58,108 bases of DNA. Origin: an uncultured Eubacteriales bacterium (GTDB lineage: Bacteria; Bacillota; Clostridia; Oscillospirales; CAG-272). Shown piece after piece: positions 26,165 to 36,580 of this stretch. The notes under the pieces were generated by a model that was given only the letters and a program-made list of their open reading frames with translations, searched no databases and had not been told where the DNA came from. Numbering within the stretch: the stretch's first letter is position 1; every line of letters starts with the position of its first letter. A program made the position numbers and the translations under genes. The DNA lies in assembly GCA_963614875.1 (NCBI GenBank), contig CAVEFC010000004.1, positions 1 through 58,108 of the forward strand. Reading direction: 5' to 3'.

Positions 26165-26182
26165 TCTCCGCTCGCGCGGAGA
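26165..26182. terminator. bidirectional intrinsic terminator
   Basis: TCTCCGC-TCGC-GCGGAGA is flanked by an A-run and a T-run, between convergent genes. Confidence 0.7.
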
Positions 26183-26195
26183 TTTTTTTATTTTG

Positions 26196-26885
26196 TTAAT
26201 CCGTTACGGCTATTTTCTTTTCGGCATATACGGCGCCGATTATACCGATAAAATATCCCGCGACGCACAAAACGCTTTCATAAATCACGGTTCCGGCAAT
26301 ACTGCTTGAAAAATCGGAGAAAATTATTCCGCAGAGCGTTGTTATCAGCCACGCCGAATATGCCGTAATCAGCGGAAATCCGATTCCGCGAAGAGATATA
26401 TAGGGCTTTTCAAATGTCGGCACAGTCTTATGCGCACGATAAAATATCCGTGTTGCGAAAGCTAAAACAATTGCGACAATATATCTTGCGGCGTTTTCAA
26501 GCGCGCACAAAGCGTCGGAATACAGATAAGTTTCAATAAGCGAATCGCTTATGTCGTTTCGCAGCAAAAGCAAAGTTATCGCAAACGATATCATCGGCAT
26601 AAGTGCTGCCAAAAGCACGCCCGTGACGGACAAAACCACTGCATCTCCGCATCTTGCCTGCATAACAATCCACACCGAAATTCCGACGAAGAAAAAAAGT
26701 GAAGCGTAAAGGAAAATATATTTTGCGTTATAAAAAAGCTGAATAAGAAAATCAAGCCCCCGCGGAAGATAATAATAATTTTTCTGCAGGACGGCAAACA
26801 GCACCGTAAACAAAACCGTTCCCAAAAGCGGAACTACAAGCTCCCACAATATTATACGGGAAAGTTTAAGCTTTCTTTTCTCCAA
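26196..26885 (-). CDS. polytopic membrane protein, unknown function
   Basis: About 6 hydrophobic segments. The TTG at 26885 has an AAAGGAA RBS. The track start at 26930 (GTG) is an alternative. Confidence 0.6.
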   Translation of the reverse strand: MEKRKLKLSRIILWELVVPLLGTVLFTVLFAVLQKNYYYLPRGLDFLIQLFYNAKYIFLYASLFFFVGISVWIVMQARCGDAVVLSVTGVLLAALMPMISFAITLLLLRNDISDSLIETYLYSDALCALENAARYIVAIVLAFATRIFYRAHKTVPTFEKPYISLRGIGFPLITAYSAWLITTLCGIIFSDFSSSIAGTVIYESVLCVAGYFIGIIGAVYAEKKIAVTD

Positions 26886-26980
26886 AATACAGTTCCTTTC
26901 AAGAATGTGATTATACAATAAATATATCACATTATTATACAGATAAAAACTTTATTTTGTAAATTTTTCAGACAATAAAA

Positions 26981-27002
26981 ACAGCTCCCCGAAGGGAGCT
27001 GT
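26981..27002. terminator. intrinsic terminator downstream of the SLH protein gene
   Basis: ACAGCTCCC-CGAA-GGGAGCTGT with flanking A and T runs. Confidence 0.75.
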
Positions 27003-27031
27003 TTTTATATCTTTAGTAGGAATACTATTGA

Positions 27032-30000
27032 TTACTTATCACCGAGAATTGTATTGGAAAGAACACAATATGTGCCGTCAACTACGATGTACTCGAAGTA
27101 GATAGCGGGAGCCGACTGCTGGTAACCAAATTGATACTTAAGAGAGTATGTGTAGGCGGGAGAATTAGCAAAGCCCCAGAACTGACCATCATAATTCTTT
27201 GTTACAACAGAAGCCTTGTAGTCTTCGAGAGCCTGTTTAGCTTTGTCGAGAGTCTCCTTTGCTGCTGCCTTGGCTGCAACATACTGTTTGTCAATAGCGT
27301 TATAAGCTTCCTCAGCCTTTGTTATAGCTGCCTTCTTTGTCTGTATATTGCTTGCAACTACAGAAGGAGTCATAAGCGATACTGCCGTAGAATCGCCGGC
27401 TTTCTTGAAGTTGCCATCAAAGTCAACATAGAAGAATGCCCACTTGAAGGATGATGCATCAACTTCCTTGCCGTCGATCTTAGCCTTAACGCCGCCGTTG
27501 GCATCTGTGGATGTGATGTAGCCAACCTCTGTAGCAACGCCGGTCGATACGATCTTACCGTCCTTATTTACTACATAATAGCCGGCAGGCATGCCTGTGC
27601 TTACGGAAGTAGCGAATGCAGCTTCTGCATATGTAGAATATGTGCGATAGATAGAACCGAAGGTTTCGCCCGAAGGAACAGTTGTGGCTACGTATGTGGA
27701 TTTAACCACTACTTCTTTGCCGAGCTCTGTAATTTCAAGAGTTGAACCTGCTTTGCCGAGGTAAACCGTTACGGTTTCTTCGGGCTTGGTTGTGTCGTCG
27801 TCCTTCTTGATGCCGTCTGTGTATTCACCGATAACCGTAAGCGCCTTAAGGATCTTATTGTTGTCGGATGTTGTGGAGTAAACCTGTTCGTATGTTACGA
27901 AGAGATCCTTGCTGTCCTTAATGAACGAAGCAAGAGTTGTTGTTGTGCCGTCGAGGTTGCCCGTTGCGGGGTTAGGAGTCATAACGATAACCGTAGCGTC
28001 GCCGAATGCATAGTATGTTGTGCCGTCGAACTTAACTTCATATTCACCGTAAGGATATACTTTGCTGTCGCTTACGATGTCAAGTTCTCTTGCGGTAACG
28101 GTGTTAACCTTTGCAAGGTCTTCGCTTGTAACCGTTTCAACCTTCCATTCAACGTCGTAATCGGGCTCGCTCTTTGTTACGGTAACAACAGGATTGCCGT
28201 TAGCGTCATATTTCTTAACGCTTGAAGATGTGTTTACTCTGTAAAGATAGTTACCGAGTACTTTGTACTCTGTAGGTACGCCGTAACCGTCCGTTGTCTT
28301 GCTTTCCCATTCAGTTATTTCAGCCTTTGAGGTAACCTTTATCGGAGCTCCGTTTTCGTCCGATACTATAATGTATGTCTTTATTTCGCCCGTCATTGCA
28401 TGTGCGGCAGTAAGAGTGATCTTAGCATCCGCAACGTACCATTTCTTTATAAACTTGGACGTGCCCGCAGACTTCTCATAGTAAGGATCCTTGGCAACCT
28501 TAACAGTGACCGTCTTGGTATCGATTATTTTTCCTTCCTTTAAAGCTGCAACTGCTTCTTTTTCATACTTTGCAACCTCAGCGCTGATATCGCCGAGATA
28601 GATGTAGCCGCTGTAAGAGCTCCAGTTGTCTGCAGGAGAATCTGTAGATCTCTTGAATGCATATCTACCCTTGTGATTATAATGTTCACTTGAGAAGCCG
28701 CAGTTACCAGCAGCAATATCAACTCCGTCAACGCGTTTTACTGCATACGGGAGAGATATATGATCTGTTTTTACAAAGCCCTCAGATGTTACATTCTTAT
28801 ATGCATCAGCATCATACTTAAGAACATACTGACCTGAAGCATCATCAAGAATAGAAACGTAAACAAGGTCGTGCGGGTTTACATACGTCTTGCTTGTTTC
28901 ATCCTGCGGATGATATGCGTTTTCGTTTGTAGCAAATATTCTGTTGTACATGCCAACATTTGTTATATCCCAAAGAACGGATGCGCTTGCTCTTACTTCG
29001 TAAGTCTTAACGCCAGTAGAACCGGGATGAGAAATTACAGAGTCAAGATATTTATACTGAGGACCTTCTTCATTATAACTTGTCTGGTCCTGAATTGTTA
29101 CGCTTGCGTTACCAGTCCGGTTCCAGCCGTTGTTTGCAGTACCTGTATCTGATTTTACTTCAAATACAGCTCTTTCAAAACGTCCGCTTGCAATGATACC
29201 GTCAAGAAGCTGTACCATATATCCATATGCTACATTTGTACGTACATTGTTCTTGTTTGCAACAACATTTTCAAAGAATACTTTCTTGTCAAATGTCTGA
29301 ACATCGTCATATTTTGCAAATGTATCAAGAATCTGACCAAGAGTTACTTCTTCGTATGTCTTCTTTGCGGCTGCATAATCATCAGGATATGCGATTGTTG
29401 TGAGAAGATTGCCTTTTTCATCTTTCTTCTGAACATAATTTCCGTCTGCATCCTTTACATATGCACCAGCTGCATCTTTTTCATAGTCAGGCATCTTACC
29501 AGTCGGCCATTTTCCCTGAGCAACTTCATAGTTATACAATATGCACCAGCCAACAGTATTTTTGCTTATAGCTGTTTCAAAATCAACAACAGTATCATCA
29601 AGCTGTTTGTCAAGTGCTGCAAGAGTTTTGCCATATATAGCATTCATATCTGCTGCCGTAGCTTTGAGAGCTGTGAGAAGGTTTCTTGTATATGCAACCA
29701 AGTTACCATTCATCTCTGTTACGCTCAAGTTCCAAGTGGTCTGGCCTTTGTCAACCTTTGCAGGATCACACTCAGGGATTTCATAAACCCATGTGTGATT
29801 TGCCTTTGAATACTTTTCAGCATCAAAGCCAAGAGTTGTAAGCGCATCTCTTATTGTAATGCTATCGTTAGTCCAAGGAGCATTTACGCCGCCGCTATCA
29901 ACAGTCTCTTGATTGAGAACTCTTGTTGAACCAAAACGAGCTACATAGCAGAATCTTGCGTCGAGTGCATTATCAAAATAATGAACGCCGCCGCCTTCGT

Positions 30001-32032
30001 ATTCATTTGTAACTGCGAGTGTTACGTTGAATGTATTGTCACCTGTTTCGCTCTTTTCAACCTTAACTATAAAGCCATTAGCTGTTGCGTTTTCAGCTGT
30101 TGTATCTTTTACATAAACAACAACGTTTGCTGCGTCGCCTGTAAGAGAGCTGTCAAGGTCGCCTGCGAGAACGTACTTAACTGCCTTGTTGTAAACGATA
30201 CCCTTGAATTCTTCTGCATCAAGTACGTCGTTTACTGTGCCGGTTGTTTTGATATCAAGGAAGGAAGTCCAAGCCTTAGAATCAACTGTAGCCGTAGCCT
30301 TAAGACCTTCAACTGTATAAGTAATCTTTACTGTAGCAGGTCTGTTAGCATATGTTTCGTCTCCATTTTCGTCCTTTGCAGGAACGGGAATGTAAACGGT
30401 CTTTGTTTCTTCAGCGTTGCCGATAGTAGCAACTGTTGCTGTGTAATACTTCTTGCCGCCGATTGTCTTGAAGCCGGATGTATCAACAGCTACGATAACG
30501 CCTGCAGAAACTGTGCCGATCTGGATAGTTATGTATGTTTTATCGGAAGCATTACCGTAAGTGCTAAGAGTAACCTTATCGTCATCAAAGGATACTGTGG
30601 GAGTTGATGTGAACTTCTTTGTCTTAGCAACAACAGCTATATCATAATAACCGTCTGCGTCGATATCATAGAATTCAACTCTTGCGCCACCGTTAGCAAC
30701 GTTCGGTATAGCAGCCTTTGTCTGTGCTGCTGTAAGCATTGTGAATGTGCTATCATAAACAACGAGCTCTTCTGCACCAAGTGTATTGAGGTTGTTTACG
30801 ATTGTGTATTCAACAGCGCTTTCAGAGCCGCCCTTAAATACGAGCTTGTTTCCGGAGAAAGAAATTTCATATGTGTATTTCTTTTCGCCGTTAACTTCGT
30901 ATGTAGCGGATGTGTAAGATGTAGGAAGTTGAGGTGTTGCATCTGCGTTGCCGGCTTTATTGGCGAACTTAGGATAATCACCAACAGTCTTTATTGTTCC
31001 GTCATAGTTGTATGTATGAGCGGGGCCTGCTGCTGCAACAAGAATTGTGTCAGAAACAGCCTTTGTGCTTCCGGAGAAGAGAGTTACTGCAACGTTTTTG
31101 CCGTCTTTTCTTGAAAGCTGGAAGATTGTTTCGTTCTGAATGTAGTCACCAAGATTGAACTTGTCGTCCGAAGCAAGGTCACGTGTTGCACTAAGTCCGA
31201 GAGATACGCGAACGAGTCTTTCGAGTTCGTCTGTATCAAGAACAACTTCTTCGCCCGCTTCACCTGTGCTTGTTATTGTTTCAACTGTTACAGTAGAAGA
31301 TGTGATAAGAGTTTCCTTAATCATATCAACTGCTTTAACTCTTACGAGGTCTGCAGAAGTGTTAACTCTGCCAAAGTTCTTGCCAAGGTTTTCGCCCTTC
31401 TTTGTAAGGCAAGGAACATCGTCAGAAGTATTGCCCCAGTTGAGGATCGTTGCGAGGAGGTATGCAGCCTCGCCATAAGAAAGCTCATAATTGGGGTTTA
31501 CAGTATTAACATTAGACATAAATGTCGTGTCGAATGCATGGCAGAATTTGTTTGCCGTATACATCCAGTTATACTGCCACTGATCGCCGTTCTCGGGAAC
31601 GTCGTTCTGGAAGCCCATAAGTCTTACGATAATAACACTTGCTTCAGCAAGAGTTATTGTAGCATTGGGTCTGAAGTTGCCGTCACCGTCACCGGCAATC
31701 AGATTACGCTGATATGCATAGCATATAGCTGCTCTGTGCGCCTTATCGGTATCAGCCTGGTCTTTGAAAACTACCGTGTCAGCAAGGACACCGTTTTCAT
31801 CCCACCACTCAGTGTTTACCCAAGTGCTGTCGATCTTAGCGATCATAAGAGCGAATTCAGCTCTTGTGACCTTTTCTTCTGCTTTAAGGCCAACGTCAGC
31901 AACGCCGATGTTCTTGAGATAAGAAACGGCACTGTTGTACCAAGTAGCCTTAGCTGCAGAAACGCTTGCAAACGCGCCGATTACCATTGTAAGAGCGAGC
32001 ACGAGTGCAAGAATTCTTGAGATGTTTTTCAT
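27032..32032 (-). CDS. very large cell-surface protein with N-terminal signal peptide and three SLH domains (1666 aa)
   Basis: ATG at 32032 with an AGGAGG RBS. Signal peptide MKNISRILALVLALTMVIGAFASVSA. SLH-like segments follow (..VTRAEFALMIAKI.., ..NFRPNATITLAEASVIIVRLMG.., ..LSYGEAAYLLATILN), then a long Thr/Val/Lys-rich beta-type region. Confidence 0.85.
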   Translation of the reverse strand: MKNISRILALVLALTMVIGAFASVSAAKATWYNSAVSYLKNIGVADVGLKAEEKVTRAEFALMIAKIDSTWVNTEWWDENGVLADTVVFKDQADTDKAHRAAICYAYQRNLIAGDGDGNFRPNATITLAEASVIIVRLMGFQNDVPENGDQWQYNWMYTANKFCHAFDTTFMSNVNTVNPNYELSYGEAAYLLATILNWGNTSDDVPCLTKKGENLGKNFGRVNTSADLVRVKAVDMIKETLITSSTVTVETITSTGEAGEEVVLDTDELERLVRVSLGLSATRDLASDDKFNLGDYIQNETIFQLSRKDGKNVAVTLFSGSTKAVSDTILVAAAGPAHTYNYDGTIKTVGDYPKFANKAGNADATPQLPTSYTSATYEVNGEKKYTYEISFSGNKLVFKGGSESAVEYTIVNNLNTLGAEELVVYDSTFTMLTAAQTKAAIPNVANGGARVEFYDIDADGYYDIAVVAKTKKFTSTPTVSFDDDKVTLSTYGNASDKTYITIQIGTVSAGVIVAVDTSGFKTIGGKKYYTATVATIGNAEETKTVYIPVPAKDENGDETYANRPATVKITYTVEGLKATATVDSKAWTSFLDIKTTGTVNDVLDAEEFKGIVYNKAVKYVLAGDLDSSLTGDAANVVVYVKDTTAENATANGFIVKVEKSETGDNTFNVTLAVTNEYEGGGVHYFDNALDARFCYVARFGSTRVLNQETVDSGGVNAPWTNDSITIRDALTTLGFDAEKYSKANHTWVYEIPECDPAKVDKGQTTWNLSVTEMNGNLVAYTRNLLTALKATAADMNAIYGKTLAALDKQLDDTVVDFETAISKNTVGWCILYNYEVAQGKWPTGKMPDYEKDAAGAYVKDADGNYVQKKDEKGNLLTTIAYPDDYAAAKKTYEEVTLGQILDTFAKYDDVQTFDKKVFFENVVANKNNVRTNVAYGYMVQLLDGIIASGRFERAVFEVKSDTGTANNGWNRTGNASVTIQDQTSYNEEGPQYKYLDSVISHPGSTGVKTYEVRASASVLWDITNVGMYNRIFATNENAYHPQDETSKTYVNPHDLVYVSILDDASGQYVLKYDADAYKNVTSEGFVKTDHISLPYAVKRVDGVDIAAGNCGFSSEHYNHKGRYAFKRSTDSPADNWSSYSGYIYLGDISAEVAKYEKEAVAALKEGKIIDTKTVTVKVAKDPYYEKSAGTSKFIKKWYVADAKITLTAAHAMTGEIKTYIIVSDENGAPIKVTSKAEITEWESKTTDGYGVPTEYKVLGNYLYRVNTSSSVKKYDANGNPVVTVTKSEPDYDVEWKVETVTSEDLAKVNTVTARELDIVSDSKVYPYGEYEVKFDGTTYYAFGDATVIVMTPNPATGNLDGTTTTLASFIKDSKDLFVTYEQVYSTTSDNNKILKALTVIGEYTDGIKKDDDTTKPEETVTVYLGKAGSTLEITELGKEVVVKSTYVATTVPSGETFGSIYRTYSTYAEAAFATSVSTGMPAGYYVVNKDGKIVSTGVATEVGYITSTDANGGVKAKIDGKEVDASSFKWAFFYVDFDGNFKKAGDSTAVSLMTPSVVASNIQTKKAAITKAEEAYNAIDKQYVAAKAAAKETLDKAKQALEDYKASVVTKNYDGQFWGFANSPAYTYSLKYQFGYQQSAPAIYFEYIVVDGTYCVLSNTILGDK

Positions 32033-32422
32033 AGTATTCCTCCTATATTTTTTAGGTGCGTTGGGGGATAATCCTCCCCCGGTAGCTATCCTAGCATTGT
32101 AATAATACAAAATTGCAGCATTTATTTCAAGAGGTTCGCGCGTTTTGTAATAAAACTGTAATATTTCGCGGACAATTTTGCTTTCCTTTAATATAATACG
32201 ATACAATCGCGACAAAATCAAGCGCTTCGGCTCATCTGTAACACAACTGAAACATTGCCCCGCGCCGCGCATTTGCCGCAACGGGCAAAGAAAAAATTTA
32301 ACCCCCTGTCTGCCGGATGCGGCAGACAGGGGGGGGTTGCGGTTTTTATATACTCGGAAGTATCCGATAATTTTCACTTCAGCAATTTATATGAAAATCT
32401 ATATTATCCGCTTTTGCGGGGT

Positions 32423-33994
32423 TTATTTTGCGAAATCAACTGCGCGGCTTTCGCGTATAACGTTGATCTTTATCTGTCCCGGATATTCAAGCTCTTCTTC
32501 GATCTTCTTTACGATATCTCTTGCGACAACTATCATCTGATCGTCGTTTACCTGTTCGGGTTTTACCATTATGCGAACTTCTCTGCCCGCCTGAACGGCA
32601 TAGGATTTTTCAACGCCGGGGAAGCTGTTTGCTATTTCTTCGAGCTTTTCAAGACGTTTTATATAGCTGTCAAGATCTTCTCTGCGTGCGCCCGGTCTTG
32701 CCGCGGAAACTGCGTCGGCTGCGGAAATAAGCACCGCGATGACCGTTCTCGGTTCAACGTCGCCGTGATGAGCCTCGATAGCGTGGATAACGTCCTTGTT
32801 TTCTTTGAATTTGCGTGCGATTTCAACGCCGAGCTGAACGTGAGAGCCTTCAACCTCCTGCGTGAGCGCCTTGCCGATATCGTGCAGAAGTCCCGCGCGT
32901 CTTGCAAGTACGGGGTCCGCGCCGATTTCGCTCGCCATAATTCCCGCGATATAGGCGACCTCCGTGGAGTGACTGAGTACGTTCTGACCGTAGCTTGTAC
33001 GGTATTTCAGGCGTCCGAGCAGCTTGATTATTTCGGGAGAAAGCCCGTTTACACCGGTTTCGAGCGCCGCGTTTTCGCCCGCCGCCTTGATGGACGCTTC
33101 AACTTCCTTGCGGGCTTTTTCAACCGTTTCCTCAATGCGCGCCGGATGAATACGTCCGTCGGCAATAAGTCTTTCAAGGGTAAGCCTTGCGACCTCTCTT
33201 CTTATCGGATCGAAGCAGGAAAGCGTTATTGCCTCCGGCGTGTCGTCGATTATAAGGTCGCAGCCCGTAAGGGTTTCTATCTTGTGGATGTTTCTTCCCT
33301 CTCTGCCTATGATTCTTCCCTTCATTTCGTCGCTGGGCAGCGGAACAACGGACACCGTCGTTTCCGAAACCTGTTCGGAAGAAAGTCTCTGAATGGCAAG
33401 GGAAATAATGTTCTTTGCCTTTGTGTCGGCTTCCTCGCGCAGATCGCTTTCGATCTGATTGAGTCTGACCGCGGCTTCTCTTTTCGCGTCGGCTTCTATG
33501 CTTGCGACAAGCTCCGCCTTTGCGGTTTCGGCTGTGTAGCCGGAAATTTCTTCGAGCTTTGCCGTCTGAGCGGCTATCGTTTCCTCGATTTTTTCTTTCA
33601 GTCTTTCGACTTCCTTTGTCTTTTTGTTTAATGCCTCGTCTTTGCGTTCGTAATTTTCGATCTTCTTTTCAAGCGCTTCTTCCTTTGCCAGCGCTCTGTT
33701 TTCAAGCCTGATTATTTCCTGACGGCGCTCCTTGTTTTCGCGCTCGGCTTCGGTCTTGGCACGGAGAATATCTTCCTTCGCTTCGACGATCATCTCTTTT
33801 TTCTTTGCCTCCGCATCCTTTGCGGCTTCTTCGGTAATGCGTTTGGCTTCGCTCTTTGCGGAGTTTATAAACGCTTTTGCTTTTTCGGTTTTCTTCCTTG
33901 TGACAAGCATCAGAGCAAAGAAAACCGCAAGCCCGACTGCCAAGCCGATTGCGGCGGCTATAAGACAATTTGTCAGATTGCTTAAATTACTCAA
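32423..33994 (-). CDS. rny: ribonuclease Y
   Basis: 523 aa. N-terminal TM segment, coiled coil, KH domain (IGREGRNI) and HD domain (LLHDIGKA). Confidence 0.93.
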   Translation of the reverse strand: MSNLSNLTNCLIAAAIGLAVGLAVFFALMLVTRKKTEKAKAFINSAKSEAKRITEEAAKDAEAKKKEMIVEAKEDILRAKTEAERENKERRQEIIRLENRALAKEEALEKKIENYERKDEALNKKTKEVERLKEKIEETIAAQTAKLEEISGYTAETAKAELVASIEADAKREAAVRLNQIESDLREEADTKAKNIISLAIQRLSSEQVSETTVSVVPLPSDEMKGRIIGREGRNIHKIETLTGCDLIIDDTPEAITLSCFDPIRREVARLTLERLIADGRIHPARIEETVEKARKEVEASIKAAGENAALETGVNGLSPEIIKLLGRLKYRTSYGQNVLSHSTEVAYIAGIMASEIGADPVLARRAGLLHDIGKALTQEVEGSHVQLGVEIARKFKENKDVIHAIEAHHGDVEPRTVIAVLISAADAVSAARPGARREDLDSYIKRLEKLEEIANSFPGVEKSYAVQAGREVRIMVKPEQVNDDQMIVVARDIVKKIEEELEYPGQIKINVIRESRAVDFAK

Positions 33995-34235
33995 ATTATT
34001 TTCGCACCTCCTTGCAGTGTTATTTTATTAATATATGTAAGCGATATCAATGAATCAGATCCGGTTTGACTGATAAAAACGCATTTTTATCACTATACAG
34101 ATGTTATTATACATTATATTATTGTTTCCTGTCAAGCGATTTTGCATATATTGAACAAATTTAATTTGAGTTTTTCGGACATTTTGCGCCAAAAAAGCTC
34201 ACGCAGACGCGTGAGCTCTCCGAAAATCCGTCGTA

Positions 34236-34709
34236 TCAGAGCTTTTCGTCGTCGGGATCGACGGGCGAAACGCGGTTTTTTACGCTTGACATAACTATCG
34301 ACGTTCTCGTCGACGAAACACCCTTTACGCGTTTCAGATCGTCGAGCAGCTTTTCAAGCGATTTTGTGCTGTCCGTGCATACTTTAAGAAGAAAGTCGCT
34401 GTTGCCGGTGACGACATGGCACTCCATTACCTCCGGATGCGCGGCGGCAAATTCGTCCATAGCGCCGGTAGCGCTCACAACGGGAAGATAGTCCGTGCTT
34501 ACGTCGATAAACGCAAGAAGATCTCTTCCTATTTTTGACGGATCGAGTATTACGGTGTAGCTTTTTATTATTCCGGTGGATTCGAGTCGCTTGATGCGCT
34601 CTATCACCGCGGACACCGACATATTTATCCGCGCGCCTATCGCGGATGCGTTCATTCTGGAATTTTCGCTCAGACAAGCAAGTATTTTCTTGTCCACACT
34701 GTCAAGCAT
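34236..34709 (-). CDS. Lrp/AsnC family transcriptional regulator
   Basis: 157 aa. N-terminal HTH (LDSVDKKILACLSENSRMNASAIGARINMSVSAVIERIKRLE) plus a RAM-like C-terminal domain. Confidence 0.88.
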   Translation of the reverse strand: MLDSVDKKILACLSENSRMNASAIGARINMSVSAVIERIKRLESTGIIKSYTVILDPSKIGRDLLAFIDVSTDYLPVVSATGAMDEFAAAHPEVMECHVVTGNSDFLLKVCTDSTKSLEKLLDDLKRVKGVSSTRTSIVMSSVKNRVSPVDPDDEKL

Positions 34710-34871
34710 TTGCTTTCCTCCTCAACTTTCAACGTAAATTTCACTCTTATATTGAATTCTACCATTATTTTTAACGGAAGTAAAGAGGTTTTTCCGAAAA
34801 ATAATTGAAACTTGCTCCGCGCAGTGATATAATATTGGCATAATACGATAAAAAAGCAGGTAAGCTACCCT

Positions 34872-36131
34872 ATGTTCGACAAAAATAAATTTTCCGAAAA
34901 GATAAAGCCCGCGCTTTCCGCAATGTATTCCGACGTGGAAGCGGCGGCAAAACGCTATACGGACGCCGTTGGAGCGTTTTTTGCGCTTTACGGCGAAACC
35001 GACGATTTTTCGGTATTTTCCGTTGCGGGAAGAAGCGAAATATGCGGAAACCACACCGATCACAATCACGGTCAGGTTGTGGCTGCGTCAATAGATCTCG
35101 ATATAATCGCCGTTGCGAAAAAAACAGACGGCACCCTCATCAGAGTGCAGAGCGAAGGCTTTGATCCGAACAGAGTCGATATTTCGACGCTCGAGCCGCA
35201 GGAAAACGAAAAATTCCGTTCGTCGTCGCTTATCCGCGGCGTCTGCGACGGAATTATAAAAAACGGCGGAAAAGCCGGAGGCTTCTGCGCCTACACAACG
35301 TCAAAAATACTCAAGGGCAGCGGACTTTCGTCGTCCGCCGCGTTTGAGGATATGATAGGCACGATAGAAAATTACCTTTACAACGACGGAAAATTCGACT
35401 TCACGCAGATATCGGTGATATCGCAGTACGCCGAAAACAGATTTTTCGGCAAGCCCTGCGGACTTATGGATCAGATGGCGTGCGCGGCGGGCGGCTTTGT
35501 TCATATAGACTTTGCCGATCCGAAAAATCCCGTAACGGAAAGAATAGAATTTTCGCCCGAAAAATACGGCTATTCGCTTTACATAGTAAACACGGGCGGA
35601 AGCCACGCCGATCTCAACGACGATTACGCCTCCGTTCCCGCGGAAATGAAGGCTGTGGCAGGATTTTTCGGCAAAGAGGTGCTTTGCGGAATAACCGAAG
35701 AAAAGCTTATTGAAAACGCAAAAGCAATAAGAGAGGCACTCGGCGACAGGGCTCTTCTGCGCGCACTCCATTTCGTGCGCGAAAACGAAAGAGTAAAACG
35801 GATATCCTCATACATAGCGTCGGGCGACATAAAAGGCTTTTTGTCCGTGATAAACGAATCAGGACGTTCCTCCGCCATGCTTTTGCAGAATTATTACTCC
35901 GTAAAAGCGCCGTCTGAGCAAGGCATAGGTCTTGCCTGCGCGATAGCGGAAAGCGTTATGGACGGGGACGGCGCGTGTCGCGTTCACGGCGGAGGCTTTG
36001 CCGGCACGGCGCAGGTGTTTGTTCCGGAGGCTAAAGAAGCGGCATTTGTCCGCGCCGTCGAATGTGCGTTCGGCGCAGGCTGTGCAACAAAACTCAGAAT
36101 TCGCCCGATGGGCGCGGTAAAGGTGTACTGA
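34872..36131 (+). CDS. galactokinase-family GHMP sugar kinase
   Basis: Galactokinase-like signature GRSEICGNHTDHNHG, GHMP motif GSGLSSSAAFE and C-terminal RVHGGGFAGT. Confidence 0.85.
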   Translation: MFDKNKFSEKIKPALSAMYSDVEAAAKRYTDAVGAFFALYGETDDFSVFSVAGRSEICGNHTDHNHGQVVAASIDLDIIAVAKKTDGTLIRVQSEGFDPNRVDISTLEPQENEKFRSSSLIRGVCDGIIKNGGKAGGFCAYTTSKILKGSGLSSSAAFEDMIGTIENYLYNDGKFDFTQISVISQYAENRFFGKPCGLMDQMACAAGGFVHIDFADPKNPVTERIEFSPEKYGYSLYIVNTGGSHADLNDDYASVPAEMKAVAGFFGKEVLCGITEEKLIENAKAIREALGDRALLRALHFVRENERVKRISSYIASGDIKGFLSVINESGRSSAMLLQNYYSVKAPSEQGIGLACAIAESVMDGDGACRVHGGGFAGTAQVFVPEAKEAAFVRAVECAFGAGCATKLRIRPMGAVKVY

Positions 36132-36580
36132 TGTCAGACAAAAGGAAAAACGGGCAGTCCCTGCCCGAAAAACCGGCGAAAAAGCCGATAAATTACAGAA
36201 AGCTGCTTGCGCTTGTCGGCGCGGTGATACTTTCAACCGTCATTTATTTCGGGCTGACCGAGCTTTCGGTCAGACTTTCCGAAAAAGCCGGCGAGCAGAT
36301 ATACATTCCCGTAATAGAAATATACACGGCAGTCGCGGCGCTGCTTGCCTGCGCGACGGTCATAATAAACGCGGGTATGAGCCGCGACGCCGATCCGGTC
36401 GAACTTGATCTTCCGGATTCGTGGAGTGCCGAAAGAAAAGCGGCGTTTCTTCTCAGCGTTCCGAAGCGCAGAAAAGCCGTAAAGGTGCTTTCGCTTATAA
36501 TGATCGCCGTGATTTTCCCGCTCTTCTGCGAGATCGCGTCGTGGTGGATCGAAGCTGTGATAAAGGGGTTTTCGTCTTGA
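36131..36580 (+). CDS. membrane protein, unknown function (149 aa)
   Basis: The ATG at 36131 overlaps the kinase stop (ATGA pattern). Three or four hydrophobic segments. Confidence 0.6.
   Translation: MSDKRKNGQSLPEKPAKKPINYRKLLALVGAVILSTVIYFGLTELSVRLSEKAGEQIYIPVIEIYTAVAALLACATVIINAGMSRDADPVELDLPDSWSAERKAAFLLSVPKRRKAVKVLSLIMIAVIFPLFCEIASWWIEAVIKGFSS

Noticed and set aside
32033-32377. 115-codon N-terminal extension of the SLH protein ORF in the track
   Set aside because: The extension has no RBS and reads through an obvious promoter/leader region. The ATG at 32032 has an AGGAGG RBS and is followed by a classical signal peptide.
32255-33631. 458-aa plus-strand ORF, antisense to rny
   Set aside because: It is a shadow ORF opposite RNase Y, with a low-complexity Arg/Phe-rich translation.
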